The translations under genes were made by a program, and so were the position numbers. Below the pieces are notes generated by a model. It did no database searches and was not told the origin of the DNA. It saw nothing but the letters and a program-made list of their open reading frames with translations. From Candidatus Latescibacterota bacterium (lineage in GTDB: Bacteria > Latescibacterota > UBA2968): a stretch of 64,000 nt of DNA. Each line of letters opens with the position of its first letter. Position 1 is the first letter of the stretch. Shown here one piece after another: positions 1-9,946 of this stretch. The stretch covers positions 2,496,001-2,560,000 of the forward strand of contig OZ241986.1 of NCBI GenBank assembly GCA_965204375.1. The letters run 5' to 3'.

Positions 1-514
1 GCCGTTGCGTTTGGAAGTGGAACCCGGCACATATCTGGTCGCAAATGCCGGCGCAATCGTTGCAACGGCGATTGATGTGGTAGATACCGGGAAAGACGGG
101 TACAAATTTATCAAAACCGATACCGGAATGACCGAAGTGATTCGCCCGAGTATGTACGGGGCACAACACCCCATTGAAACCGTACCTGCCCAGGCGGAGA
201 AACGCGGATTTGACGAATATATTGTGGTGGGACATTGTTGTGAAAGCGGCGATGTGCTAACCCCTGCGCCCGACGATCCCGAAGGACTACTACCCCGGCT
301 ATTGACAAAAACAAAAGTGGGAGACGCAGTGGTCATTGGTGGAGCGGGTGCGTATTGTGCGGGCATGTCGTCTAAAAATTACAATTCCTTTCCCGAAGCA
401 GCCGAAGTATTATTGGACAGAGACCGCGCATTGCACTTAATTCGGAAACGCCAGACACTGGATCAGGTCCTGGAAAATGAAATTGTACCGAATTTTTTGA
501 CCACTAAGAGCTAA
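1..514 (+). CDS. lysA: Diaminopimelate decarboxylase, C-terminal part (5' truncated by window)
   Basis: EPGTYLVA, RPSMYG, GHCCESGD, GAGAY and NYNSFP motifs of fold-III PLP decarboxylases. Confidence 0.9.
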   Translation, partial: PLRLEVEPGTYLVANAGAIVATAIDVVDTGKDGYKFIKTDTGMTEVIRPSMYGAQHPIETVPAQAEKRGFDEYIVVGHCCESGDVLTPAPDDPEGLLPRLLTKTKVGDAVVIGGAGAYCAGMSSKNYNSFPEAAEVLLDRDRALHLIRKRQTLDQVLENEIVPNFLTTKS

Positions 515-517
515 TCT

Positions 518-1657
518 ATGACTTATGACGCAATTGTATTGGGTGCAGGAATCAATGGATGCGGCATTGCTCGTGAACTCGCCGAACGCGGACAACGGGT
601 GCTGGTACTGGACAAAGGCGCGATTGGCGGGGGCACATCGTCCAAATCGTCGCGATTGGTCCACGGTGGATTGCGCTATTTGGAAACGCGGCAATTTGGG
701 ATGGTACGAGAGGCTTTGAGTGATCGTCTGGAACTTTTGGGACGCTATCCCGAACTGGTCTCAATGCGACCGTTTTATTTGCCGATTTATCGCAAGAGCC
801 CGCGTCCCGTCTGGAGGTTGTGGACGGGTATCAAGCTCTACGACGCACTGGCTGGACGGCACAATATCTATCGGTCACGTAAAGTCCCTCGAAAGCGATT
901 TGTCCGCGAATTTCCCGCATTAAAGCGAGAAGGAATTCGGGCAGTACTACGCTATTACGACGGCAAGACAAACGATCTCGCACTCACAAAGCGCGTAGCA
1001 GAAGACGCACAAGAACTGGGATGCGTATTTCGCGAAGGGATAGACGTTCAACACGTGGCCTGGGAGGAAACTGGATTTGCCCTGTTGGTCGGAGAAAAAA
1101 AATATCGCAGTCACATCCTGATCAATGCAACGGGACCGTGGATTGATGAAGTCATAGCGCGCTATCAGTTCCCCTCGCGCTTTCAGATTCGCAAAGTGAG
1201 CGGCATTCACATTTTTGTAGATAAACTGCTCACACCCCACCCCATGTTTTTACAAACCGAAGGTAAACGCATCTTTTTTCTCATACCCGAACCGGAACGC
1301 GACCAGACAATAATTGGCACAACCGAGCGCGAAGAGCGAGGACGAGTAGATGACGTCGTGATTCAGGAGGAAGATATCGATTATTTAATTCGGGCAGCAA
1401 ATGCGTACCTGACTCCAAACCACCAACTTCAGCGCGCGGATATCACAGATGCCATTGTGGGCGTTCGTCCCCTCGTAGAAAAAAAAGGCGACGCAACCGC
1501 GCTCTCGCGGGAATATGAACTGGACTTGCACACGCGTGGACAAACCCAATTGCTCAATATATTCGGCGGAAAACTGACGACGTACTTATCGCTATCGCGT
1601 CGCGTCGCCAAAACACTCGGCATCAAAGAAATCGCATCGATGGCACTACGCGCTTAA
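518..1657 (+). CDS. FAD-dependent glycerol-3-phosphate dehydrogenase/oxidase-like protein (short form)
   Basis: GAGINGCG Rossmann motif, GTSSKSSRLVHGGLRYLE, NATGPW, GVRPL, GGKLTTY; only 379 aa. Confidence 0.8.
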   Translation: MTYDAIVLGAGINGCGIARELAERGQRVLVLDKGAIGGGTSSKSSRLVHGGLRYLETRQFGMVREALSDRLELLGRYPELVSMRPFYLPIYRKSPRPVWRLWTGIKLYDALAGRHNIYRSRKVPRKRFVREFPALKREGIRAVLRYYDGKTNDLALTKRVAEDAQELGCVFREGIDVQHVAWEETGFALLVGEKKYRSHILINATGPWIDEVIARYQFPSRFQIRKVSGIHIFVDKLLTPHPMFLQTEGKRIFFLIPEPERDQTIIGTTEREERGRVDDVVIQEEDIDYLIRAANAYLTPNHQLQRADITDAIVGVRPLVEKKGDATALSREYELDLHTRGQTQLLNIFGGKLTTYLSLSRRVAKTLGIKEIASMALRA

Positions 1658-1670
1658 CCGGAGAAAATAG

Positions 1671-3083
1671 ATGCTCAAAAAATTAGACAACTTCAAAGCA
1701 GCAGTTATGCCCAAGCGCAAATCGGGCTTCTGGCAAATGGCGGGACCGGGTGCCATCCTGGTCGGACTATCCATAGGAGCGGGCGAAATCATTGTGTGGC
1801 CTCTTGTCGTCGCTGAATACGGCGCGAGCATGATCTGGGCTGCGGTACTCGGTGTGTTTTTGCAAATGTGGATCAACTTTGAGGTCGGACGATGGACAAT
1901 CGCCACAGGTGAGACAGTATATACGGGATTTGCGCGCGTGTGGCGAGGCTTTGCACCCCTGTTTATTTTCATCACATTATTCTCCTGGATCGCCCCGGGA
2001 TGGGGACGCGCTTCGGGATTAGCCCTCAAAGCACTTCTGGTCGGTCCCCATGGTTGGGGGTCGGACACATTTTGGACCGTGATTACATTTATCGGTGTCG
2101 CACTAATATTGTTTGGTCCCAAGCTCATTTACAATTCAATGGAAAAAGCCGTTGAACTGATGGTGGCGATTGTCACCATAGGATTAATTATGGTGGCTTT
2201 TGCCGTGGGCACGGCAGAAACGTGGATCGACCTGGGAAAAGGAATCGCGAATATCGGTTACAAAGATCCGAATATGTCGGTAAAAGCGCTATTCATCGCG
2301 ATCGTATTTGCTGGTGCCGGGGGAACGGCAAATTTGTTTTACACCTTTTATCTGCGCGACAAACACATTGGCATGGGCGCACATGTGCCAATCATGCAAA
2401 ATCCATTGCGGGGCCGTGCAGAAGCCATACCATCTACCGGATTTGTATTTGAAGAAACAGAAGAAAACGCAACGCGGTACAAGGCGTGGTGGAATTATAT
2501 AAAAAAAGATCAGATGTTATTTTTCTGGGGATTAAACTCCATTACAATGATGCTGTTCATCTTTGGATCGCTCGCAGTTCTGCATCCCCAGGGCATCGTG
2601 CCCGCGCAAGGCACACTGATCTGGGATGAAGCCGCTATTCTGGGCGAAATTTGGGGCGACATAGGCCGCGTGATTTTTCTCCTGGTAGGGCTGGCAACGC
2701 TATTTGGCACACAACTCGCCCTCGTAGATGGGGTCGCGCGGTCAATCGCAGACATTGTATATACCAATTTTAAGGGCGCGCAAAAACGAGAACTGAACTG
2801 GTGGTATCTTCTCGTCGCGGGAATATGGATTGTGGCCGGATGTGTGATCACTTTTGTGATGGAACAATACGGTGTAAGCGAATTGGGCTTTCTATTTAAT
2901 GCGGCTTATATGGGCGGATTTGCCATGGCGATTTACGTACCGCTGATGTTGTACATCAATTATCGATACTTGCCAAAAACCGCCCGACCTGGCAAAGGAT
3001 GCACCGCGATGATGGTAATTGCATCGCTGGTCTATGTGGTATTTGCCATAGCCTGTATTCTATGGGAATTGGGAATTGTATAG
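1671..3083 (+). CDS. Nramp/APC-superfamily membrane transporter
   Basis: GPGAILVGLSIGAGE motif, about 11 hydrophobic segments. Confidence 0.7.
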   Translation: MLKKLDNFKAAVMPKRKSGFWQMAGPGAILVGLSIGAGEIIVWPLVVAEYGASMIWAAVLGVFLQMWINFEVGRWTIATGETVYTGFARVWRGFAPLFIFITLFSWIAPGWGRASGLALKALLVGPHGWGSDTFWTVITFIGVALILFGPKLIYNSMEKAVELMVAIVTIGLIMVAFAVGTAETWIDLGKGIANIGYKDPNMSVKALFIAIVFAGAGGTANLFYTFYLRDKHIGMGAHVPIMQNPLRGRAEAIPSTGFVFEETEENATRYKAWWNYIKKDQMLFFWGLNSITMMLFIFGSLAVLHPQGIVPAQGTLIWDEAAILGEIWGDIGRVIFLLVGLATLFGTQLALVDGVARSIADIVYTNFKGAQKRELNWWYLLVAGIWIVAGCVITFVMEQYGVSELGFLFNAAYMGGFAMAIYVPLMLYINYRYLPKTARPGKGCTAMMVIASLVYVVFAIACILWELGIV

Positions 3084-3092
3084 GAGACCTTT

Positions 3093-4244
3093 ATGCCCAG
3101 AGAGCCAGAAGCATCGTGGGAAAATGGGATTCGCAGCGTGCGCCGCGATGAAATGGGGCGTTTGTGTCAGCTACTCGACAACGTATTTTTCGAGGGGCTG
3201 TCAGATATGCAACCACACGCCTTCAATGACGATAATATGCACAATTTGCGCGTAGTCGTGGAAAACGGTGAAGTCGTATCGCACATCGGCACAATTCGGC
3301 GAAACATATCCATTATGGGATGCACACTCCGCGTAGCGTCTCTGGGAGGGGTAGCGACTTGCGAAGCCCATCGGAGCAAGGGCCATGCCACGGCACTCTT
3401 GCGAGATACCATGCGCCACTGTCGCAAAGATGGCGTGGATTATATCCTGGTGTCGGGATATCGCAACATGTATCACCGATATGGATGTCGATATGTAGGG
3501 CGAGACTGGATCTATCACATCTCGCGTGAGAGAGCAACCGATTTTGACGATACTACCTGGACGATATCACAGGCATCAAAAGCAGATGTCGAAACAATTG
3601 GAGCCATTTACCGGCGCGAACCCGTACGCTGGTTGCGCCCGCCTTCGGATATCGCCTTTGGCATAGATGGATGGGTGCAGAACCGCCCGGCAAAAACCTA
3701 CCTGATCCATCGGGATGATCAACCCGTTGCTTTTGGGGTCATACAACAGGCGCGCGAGCGAGATGATGGACAAGTGTACTTGCTCGATTACGCAGGTGAG
3801 CGGTCTGCAATCGTCGGCGCATTGGGCAAATTTATCGACAATCAGCATTTGAATCGGCTGTCTTTGCACGTCAAAAGATTCGACAAAGTATTGCGCGGCC
3901 TGCTTGAAGCCCGCGATTTGACAGGTGAGCCAGCCAATCTGCCCGGCACGACGATGATCATTCATTTTGAACAGTTGCTCGAAAAAATGCGCCCCTATTT
4001 TGTCGAGCGCGTCGGAGAACACGCTGCCCAGGGGTTGGTATTTCGGGAATCAGGTGATGAATATCACATCTACTACGGCGGCGACCGCGTGGTGGCCGAA
4101 AGCCGAGGTGCAGCAGCACAGCTAATTTTTGGTACACTGGAAGGAACTGAGAACGCGATGTTAGATGCAGGCGGACGCGCCGGTGATATCTTGCGCGCCT
4201 GCTTGCCGATCCCTGGGGTTTGGTACGGGGTGAATCATCTCTGA
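3093..4244 (+). CDS. GNAT N-acetyltransferase (Eis-like, tandem GNAT)
   Basis: LGGVATCEAHRSKGHATAL acetyl-CoA motif A, YHRYG; GGAG RBS. Confidence 0.75.
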   Translation: MPREPEASWENGIRSVRRDEMGRLCQLLDNVFFEGLSDMQPHAFNDDNMHNLRVVVENGEVVSHIGTIRRNISIMGCTLRVASLGGVATCEAHRSKGHATALLRDTMRHCRKDGVDYILVSGYRNMYHRYGCRYVGRDWIYHISRERATDFDDTTWTISQASKADVETIGAIYRREPVRWLRPPSDIAFGIDGWVQNRPAKTYLIHRDDQPVAFGVIQQARERDDGQVYLLDYAGERSAIVGALGKFIDNQHLNRLSLHVKRFDKVLRGLLEARDLTGEPANLPGTTMIIHFEQLLEKMRPYFVERVGEHAAQGLVFRESGDEYHIYYGGDRVVAESRGAAAQLIFGTLEGTENAMLDAGGRAGDILRACLPIPGVWYGVNHL

Positions 4245-4286
4245 GTTCGCCAAATAACTGCTCCGCATCTCAAACTCTATTTTATC

Positions 4287-4315
4287 TTGCTATCTGATAT
4301 TGTGTGCCTTATACT
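4287..4315 (+). promoter_or_regulatory. Sigma70-type promoter
   Basis: TTGCTA-N17-TATACT upstream of the 4358 ATG. Confidence 0.55.
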
Positions 4316-4357
4316 TACGGTGCATATCGGATTCTCACAAACAGTAAGGATATTTTC

Positions 4358-4765
4358 ATGACAGCTCCAGATGGTGATTCCGCAGATATACTCTATGAGC
4401 AAGTCCTCGATAATGCGCGTCGAGAAATTGAAGATGCATTGACTATAATAGACGAATTGCGCCAATCAATCCGTCAGGTGGAAGCTCGAGTTGAAGCCGC
4501 TCAATCGATTTATAACGCCGTTACCGCGAGATTGAATCTGGAAGATGAACTGGCCGAAGAAGAAATACACCTGGACACCTTACCACCTGTTGAGCTACCT
4601 GAAGTAACGCCGGAACCGTTGCCGCCATCCGAACCACCCGAACCGAAAGAACCCGCGGCGGACGATGAGGCAGAATCCCCATCTGAACAAGATGACGATC
4701 CAATGCTCTCTGAGGCTGAGCGTGCGCTTATCAGTGAACATCTGCTATCAAAGCGCAGAGGATAA
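4358..4765 (+). CDS. Hypothetical protein, coiled coil plus acidic Pro/Glu-rich tail
   Basis: ATG 4358 after TAAGGA RBS; heptad-like N-half, low-complexity C-half. Confidence 0.7.
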   Translation: MTAPDGDSADILYEQVLDNARREIEDALTIIDELRQSIRQVEARVEAAQSIYNAVTARLNLEDELAEEEIHLDTLPPVELPEVTPEPLPPSEPPEPKEPAADDEAESPSEQDDDPMLSEAERALISEHLLSKRRG

Positions 4766-4884
4766 GCTCCTACATATTTATCAGGTTAATAGAACAGGGC
4801 TTCGCATCTTGCAGCATTCCCTGTTCTTTGTATTTTAGGGGAAGGCTTCTATAAAATGCAAACACACCAATCGAAGGAATTTTT

Positions 4885-6327
4885 ATGAGCATGTGTGACA
4901 CGGAGAAATCCGTTGACGAGATGGACGCCCGGGAACGGGCACGCTATATTGACGATCTGACGCCCAGAGGTGGTTTATATACCGAAGTACAGCGCGAGGT
5001 ACATCCCCAGTCGAACAGCTCGTGGCGCGTATCGCCCGACCCTTGGTGGCTACCGCCTCCGGTCCTATCACACCTTGAGGCATTGGGACAGCATCTCTAT
5101 CAGTTTTACAAAGCACTGAATCTATTGTATTCGCAAAGTATAAGGGGCATTCAACCCGCATGGATTGCGCGGTATCTGGACCAGGGCAAATCGGAAGAAG
5201 TGATCAAATTCGGGCAAATGAGCCGATTCAAAAGCCATGTGCCCCTCGTGATTCGGCCCGATGTGATACCCACGCGAGCGGGAATGATTGCGACGGAATT
5301 GGATTCCGTGCCCGGTGGGATCGGATTTACGGCGAGCCTCGCCGAACGATATGCCACACTCGGCGATCAAATTGTGGGCGGTACGAACGGGATGGTCACT
5401 GGATTTGCACAGATGATCCGCGACGTTGCCGGCACAGACGCGCCTGTTTTGGGCATAGTGGTCTCGGAAGAAGCATCGGCTTATCGGCCCGAAATGTCGT
5501 ATTTGGGCGACCGATTGAATGCCATTGGTCTGGAAACTTATGTCATTGGACCCGAAGAAGTATCTTTTGTCGAAGATGGACTATTTGTCAACAGGGCACA
5601 TGGTCGCCAGCGCATAGACGTGATATACAGGTTTTTTGAATTATTCGATTTGCGAAACCTGCCCCAAATCGATTTAATTTTCTACGCGGTACGCAAAGGC
5701 CTCGTCAAGCTCACACCCCCCTTAAAAGCGTATCACGAAGAAAAATTGATGATGGCACTGTTTCACCATCCCCTGTTATCAAATTTTTGGCATCAACATC
5801 TGGGCAAAAAAACCGTGGCCTTTTTGCGGCAAACCTTTCCCAAAACGTGGATCTTAGACCCCGCGCCTTTGCCACCCCATGGCGTTATTGCGGGATTGGA
5901 AATCGGTGGGCAATCCTTTTCCGATTGGCGTGCGCTGGGGCATCTGGGGCAAAAACATCGGCAACTGGTCATCAAACCCTCGGGATATTCTGAAATGGCC
6001 TGGGGCAGTCGCGGTGTAACCATTGGACACGACATGGCCGAGCGAGATTGGCAAGGCGTGATCGACGAGGCACTATGCGCTTTTGAGCAAACGCCCCATA
6101 TCATGCAGGAATTTCACAATGGCGCGACTTTTTCTGCGTCGTATTACGATTACGAAACCGATCAAATCGAAACATTCAGAGGACGGGTGCGATTGCAACC
6201 CTATTATTTTGTCATAAAAAACAAAGCAGTACTTTCGGGCTTACAGGCAACGGTCTGTCCAGCAGACAAAAAAATATTACACGGAATGGTAGATGCAGTG
6301 GTGGTACCTGGCGCGATTAAAAAGTGA
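4885..6327 (+). CDS. Putative ATP-grasp amide/peptide ligase (glutathionylspermidine synthase-like)
   Basis: IRPD, ELDSVPGG, IYRFFELFD, VIKPSG..WGSRGVTIG, IMQEF resemble GSP-synthase/circularly permuted ATP-grasp motifs. Confidence 0.6.
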   Translation: MSMCDTEKSVDEMDARERARYIDDLTPRGGLYTEVQREVHPQSNSSWRVSPDPWWLPPPVLSHLEALGQHLYQFYKALNLLYSQSIRGIQPAWIARYLDQGKSEEVIKFGQMSRFKSHVPLVIRPDVIPTRAGMIATELDSVPGGIGFTASLAERYATLGDQIVGGTNGMVTGFAQMIRDVAGTDAPVLGIVVSEEASAYRPEMSYLGDRLNAIGLETYVIGPEEVSFVEDGLFVNRAHGRQRIDVIYRFFELFDLRNLPQIDLIFYAVRKGLVKLTPPLKAYHEEKLMMALFHHPLLSNFWHQHLGKKTVAFLRQTFPKTWILDPAPLPPHGVIAGLEIGGQSFSDWRALGHLGQKHRQLVIKPSGYSEMAWGSRGVTIGHDMAERDWQGVIDEALCAFEQTPHIMQEFHNGATFSASYYDYETDQIETFRGRVRLQPYYFVIKNKAVLSGLQATVCPADKKILHGMVDAVVVPGAIKK

Positions 6328-6342
6328 GCGAGGGTGAAAAAC

Positions 6343-7173
6343 ATGACACTTGATAAAAAACTCACACGGCTGAATGATTTGCTCAAAGACATGGGCAGTG
6401 TGGTCGTGGCATTTTCGGGCGGGGTTGACAGCGCGTTTTTGGCCGCGGCAGCACATCGGATTCTGGGCGACCGTGCGCTGGCTGTTACCGCAGTCTCCGC
6501 GAGTTATGCTGCTGGTGAACTCGAAAAGGCTCAAGCACTGGCCGAACAAATTGGCATCCGACTCGACATTGTCTATACCCGGGAGATGGATAATCCCGAC
6601 TACGTAAAAAACGATCCCGATCGGTGTTTTCACTGCAAAAGCGCGCTGGCCGATAAGCTGGACGAAGTAATCAAACACTATACAGGACAATTCGAGTATC
6701 TGCTTTATGGCGCAATAGCCGACGATGTAGGCGACTATCGCCCGGGTATGGCTGCCGCTGAATCTCGAGGTATTCGCGCGCCGATGGTCGAATTGGGATT
6801 CACCAAAGACGATGTCAGAACATTGTCAAAGCGATGGCAACTGCCCACCTGGGACATGCCCGCATCGGCGTGTTTGTCTTCTCGAATCCCTTACGGCACA
6901 GCCGTCACAGAGGAAGCATTGCGCAAAATTGATCGCGCCGAACAATTTTTGAAAGCGCGCGGATTTGTGCAAGTGCGCGTTAGGCACCACGAAGATATTG
7001 CCCGAATAGAAGTTCCACCTGAAGATCTGGTGCGTTTTTTTCAGGATGGTACAAACGAGGCTGTGGCCCAAGCACTGAAAAATATCGGGTATCGCTATGT
7101 AACCCTGGATCTTCAGGGCTATCGCACGGGCAGTTTGAATGAAGCATTATTAGGGATAGAGGTTGGAGACTAA
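6343..7173 (+). CDS. larE: ATP-dependent sulfur transferase LarE
   Basis: PP-loop SGGVDS, RCFHCK, DYRPG, ACLSSRIPYG, VRVRHH, GYRTGSLN. Confidence 0.9.
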   Translation: MTLDKKLTRLNDLLKDMGSVVVAFSGGVDSAFLAAAAHRILGDRALAVTAVSASYAAGELEKAQALAEQIGIRLDIVYTREMDNPDYVKNDPDRCFHCKSALADKLDEVIKHYTGQFEYLLYGAIADDVGDYRPGMAAAESRGIRAPMVELGFTKDDVRTLSKRWQLPTWDMPASACLSSRIPYGTAVTEEALRKIDRAEQFLKARGFVQVRVRHHEDIARIEVPPEDLVRFFQDGTNEAVAQALKNIGYRYVTLDLQGYRTGSLNEALLGIEVGD

Positions 7174-7234
7174 GACGAAACCCGCCCAACCACCCAAAGT
7201 TGTTACAAACTCCGTCGTTGATTCGTTTATAAAT

Positions 7235-7771
7235 ATGGCCTTACTCGAAATAAAAAAATTTGGTTGCCCAACGCTGCGAAAAAAAGCGACGCCTATCCGC
7301 GATATAACCGATGATGTGCGGCAACTTGTTGAGGACATGTTCGAAACAATGTACGAGGCCGAAGGGGTTGGCCTCGCGGCGCAACAGGTGGGTTTTACCG
7401 GGCGACTTCTGGTAATGGATGTTCGCCCGCGCGACCCCATGTCGGAACCTCTGGTATTCATCAACCCGGAAATTTTATGGGAAGAGGGCGAATGTATTGG
7501 CGAAGAAGGCTGTCTGAGCCTGCCGGAAATTGTCGGAGATGTCAAACGTCCGGCACAGGTGCGGGTGCGCGCGGTCAACGAAAATGGAAGTGCATTTGAG
7601 ATGACACTGGATGGCATTGCCGCCAAAGCTCTTCAGCACGAAATTGACCACCTAAATGGCGTATTAATCCTCGAACATTTCAACGCGATCAAGCGCAATT
7701 TGTTGCGCGGTCAATTGCGCAAACTACAGCGCGAAGGCAAAACACAGGCATCGGGATTGACGTACGTATAG
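7235..7771 (+). CDS. def: Peptide deformylase
   Basis: GVGLAAQQ, EGCLS, QHEIDHLNG; start moved to ATG 7235. Confidence 0.95.
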   Translation: MALLEIKKFGCPTLRKKATPIRDITDDVRQLVEDMFETMYEAEGVGLAAQQVGFTGRLLVMDVRPRDPMSEPLVFINPEILWEEGECIGEEGCLSLPEIVGDVKRPAQVRVRAVNENGSAFEMTLDGIAAKALQHEIDHLNGVLILEHFNAIKRNLLRGQLRKLQREGKTQASGLTYV

Positions 7772-7790
7772 TAATGTCCACTGGTTTTCT

Positions 7791-8612
7791 ATGGCATCTT
7801 ATATTGATTTGCACCTGCATTCGACGCAATCGGATGGTTCCTTCTCTCCAACGCAGGTTGCTCAGCGAGCAGCCGAATTGGGATTATCGGCCATCAGTCT
7901 GACGGATCACGATTCGGTTGCTGGCGTGCAAGAGGCTCAGAATGTCGGTCAGAACATCGGTGTGGAAGTAATTCCCGGCATCGAATTGAGCGCACAGGAA
8001 GCCAGCATAGACATCCACATCCTGGGCTATTTTATCGACCCTGCAAATTCGGATTTACTGGCGTATTTGCAAAAATTTCAAGATGCACGGCACAATCGCG
8101 CTGAAAAAATAGTAGCTCGCCTCAATCGCCTGGGCGTGCGGATCACGATGGCGCATGTGTTACACAAAGCGGGTGATGCCACTATCGGACGCCCCCATGT
8201 GGCGGATGTGCTGGTCGAAGAGGGATTTGTGTTTTCACACGATCACGCATTCCAAAAATATCTGGGATATGGCAAACCCGCGTACCAACCCAAATATGTA
8301 TTGACGCCGCGCGAAGCGGTAGAAGTCATTCACGCGGCTGGTGGATTGGCCAGTCTGGCACACCCCGTTTTGTACCGCCGCGATGCTCTCATTCCCAACC
8401 TGATCAAACAGGGATTGGACGGTATAGAAGTGACGCATGTCAAACACGCCCACACAGATGTGCGTCGCTATTCAGATATGGCAAAACACTATGGCCTGCT
8501 CTCAACTGGCGGATCAGATTGCCACGGTGATGGTCGCGGTCAAGCCGTAATGGGAACCGTTCGGGTTCCTTCGGCATTTTTGGATGCAATGAAAGAAAAA
8601 TTGGCGCAGTAG
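7791..8612 (+). CDS. PHP-domain phosphoesterase (TrpH/YciV-like)
   Basis: DLHLHSTQSDG, LTDHD, GRPH, LAHP, GGSDCHG. Confidence 0.9.
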   Translation: MASYIDLHLHSTQSDGSFSPTQVAQRAAELGLSAISLTDHDSVAGVQEAQNVGQNIGVEVIPGIELSAQEASIDIHILGYFIDPANSDLLAYLQKFQDARHNRAEKIVARLNRLGVRITMAHVLHKAGDATIGRPHVADVLVEEGFVFSHDHAFQKYLGYGKPAYQPKYVLTPREAVEVIHAAGGLASLAHPVLYRRDALIPNLIKQGLDGIEVTHVKHAHTDVRRYSDMAKHYGLLSTGGSDCHGDGRGQAVMGTVRVPSAFLDAMKEKLAQ

Positions 8613-8651
8613 AGGCGGCGTCTTTTGCCTGCCCAATCCGTATTTTTAGAT

Positions 8652-9635
8652 ATGAATGATATCCCATTCCTGGACAGAAACCGGGCAGATCAGTATTTTT
8701 TAAATACCTTCGAGGTACTCAAAGCCGAAAGCCGCAATCCATCGGTGGTTATGGAGGTATTTCCCAATGCCGATGGCCTTTTATGCGGCATCCGAGAGAT
8801 CCTGGACATTTTGCGCGAGACATTGCCCGAAAATACAGAGATCTGGTCGCTGGATGAAGGATCCGCAATGGCGCGCAAAGAAGTGGTATTGCGCCTTCAC
8901 GCAGATTACTGCGCCATCGGAATTTTTGAAACGGCTTTATTGGGCACGCTCGCGCACGGTAGCGGTTGGGCCACTGCGGCGCGAGCCTGTGTAGAAGCTG
9001 CGGGAGAGATACCCGTGATCAGTTTTGGCGCGCGGCACGTACATCCCGCTGTATCAGACCGCATGGAATACGCCGCATTGATCGGGGGATGTGCTGCCTG
9101 TGCAACACCGGCAGGCGCTGCCCTATCCGACCAAAAGGCATCGGGCACCATGCCACATGCTCTGATGTTGATTTACGGCGATACAGTAGCTGCTGCCCGG
9201 GCTTTTGATACCCACATGCCCGATTCTGTGCGGCGCATTGTACTGGTAGATACCTTTCGAGACGAAGCCGAAGAAAGCGTGCGCGTCGCGCGTGCAATGG
9301 CCGGACGATTGTGGGGAGTCCGCCTGGATACACCCTCAGAGTTAGGTGGGGTTACACCCGATCTGGTCTGGCGCGTACGCAGAGCATTGGATAGCGTGGG
9401 CTTTGACCAGGTGGGGATTTTTGTAAGTGGCGGGTTAACGCCCGAGCGGATTTCAGAATTTGTGCGGTTGAAGTGTCCGATTGCCGGTTTTGGCGTGGGC
9501 AGTGCAATCAGCGGTGCATCCCCGATTGATTTTACGGCAGATATTAAGCAAATCGATGGCAAACCCATCGCCAAACGCGGTCGCAAAGCGGGTATTCAGG
9601 ACAATCCTCGGCTTAAAAAAAGAAGTAGTGGTTAG
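8652..9635 (+). CDS. pncB: Nicotinate phosphoribosyltransferase (short QPRTase-like type)
   Basis: DQYF, SFGARHVHP, GTMPHAL, LVDT, GVRLDTP, SGG, FGVGS. Confidence 0.85.
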   Translation: MNDIPFLDRNRADQYFLNTFEVLKAESRNPSVVMEVFPNADGLLCGIREILDILRETLPENTEIWSLDEGSAMARKEVVLRLHADYCAIGIFETALLGTLAHGSGWATAARACVEAAGEIPVISFGARHVHPAVSDRMEYAALIGGCAACATPAGAALSDQKASGTMPHALMLIYGDTVAAARAFDTHMPDSVRRIVLVDTFRDEAEESVRVARAMAGRLWGVRLDTPSELGGVTPDLVWRVRRALDSVGFDQVGIFVSGGLTPERISEFVRLKCPIAGFGVGSAISGASPIDFTADIKQIDGKPIAKRGRKAGIQDNPRLKKRSSG

Positions 9636-9667
9636 TGTTAGTGGTGTCCATCTATGTGGAGTGGAAA

Positions 9668-9913
9668 TTGAATATCAAAGTACTCTTTTTTGCATCTTGT
9701 CGCGACTTGATTGGCACTGGTGAGCGGGCAATGACACTACCAGACGGCGCGACAGTAACGGATTTGATATCAAAGCTCGCAATGGAACAGGCGCGATTTA
9801 CAGACATGGCACCGAGTTTGATGGTATCGGTCAATCAGGCGTATGTAGAACGGGATGTGGAACTTCAAGACGGCGATGAGGTGGCATTCATTCCGCCTGT
9901 GAGTGGTGGATAG
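9668..9913 (+). CDS. moaD: Molybdopterin synthase sulfur carrier subunit
   Basis: Ubiquitin-like fold ending DEVAFIPPVSGG; next to moaE; TTG start after GGAG. Confidence 0.9.
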   Translation: MNIKVLFFASCRDLIGTGERAMTLPDGATVTDLISKLAMEQARFTDMAPSLMVSVNQAYVERDVELQDGDEVAFIPPVSGG

Positions 9914-9946
9914 GGGCCTACCCATTCGCCTTTAGAGGAAATTATT

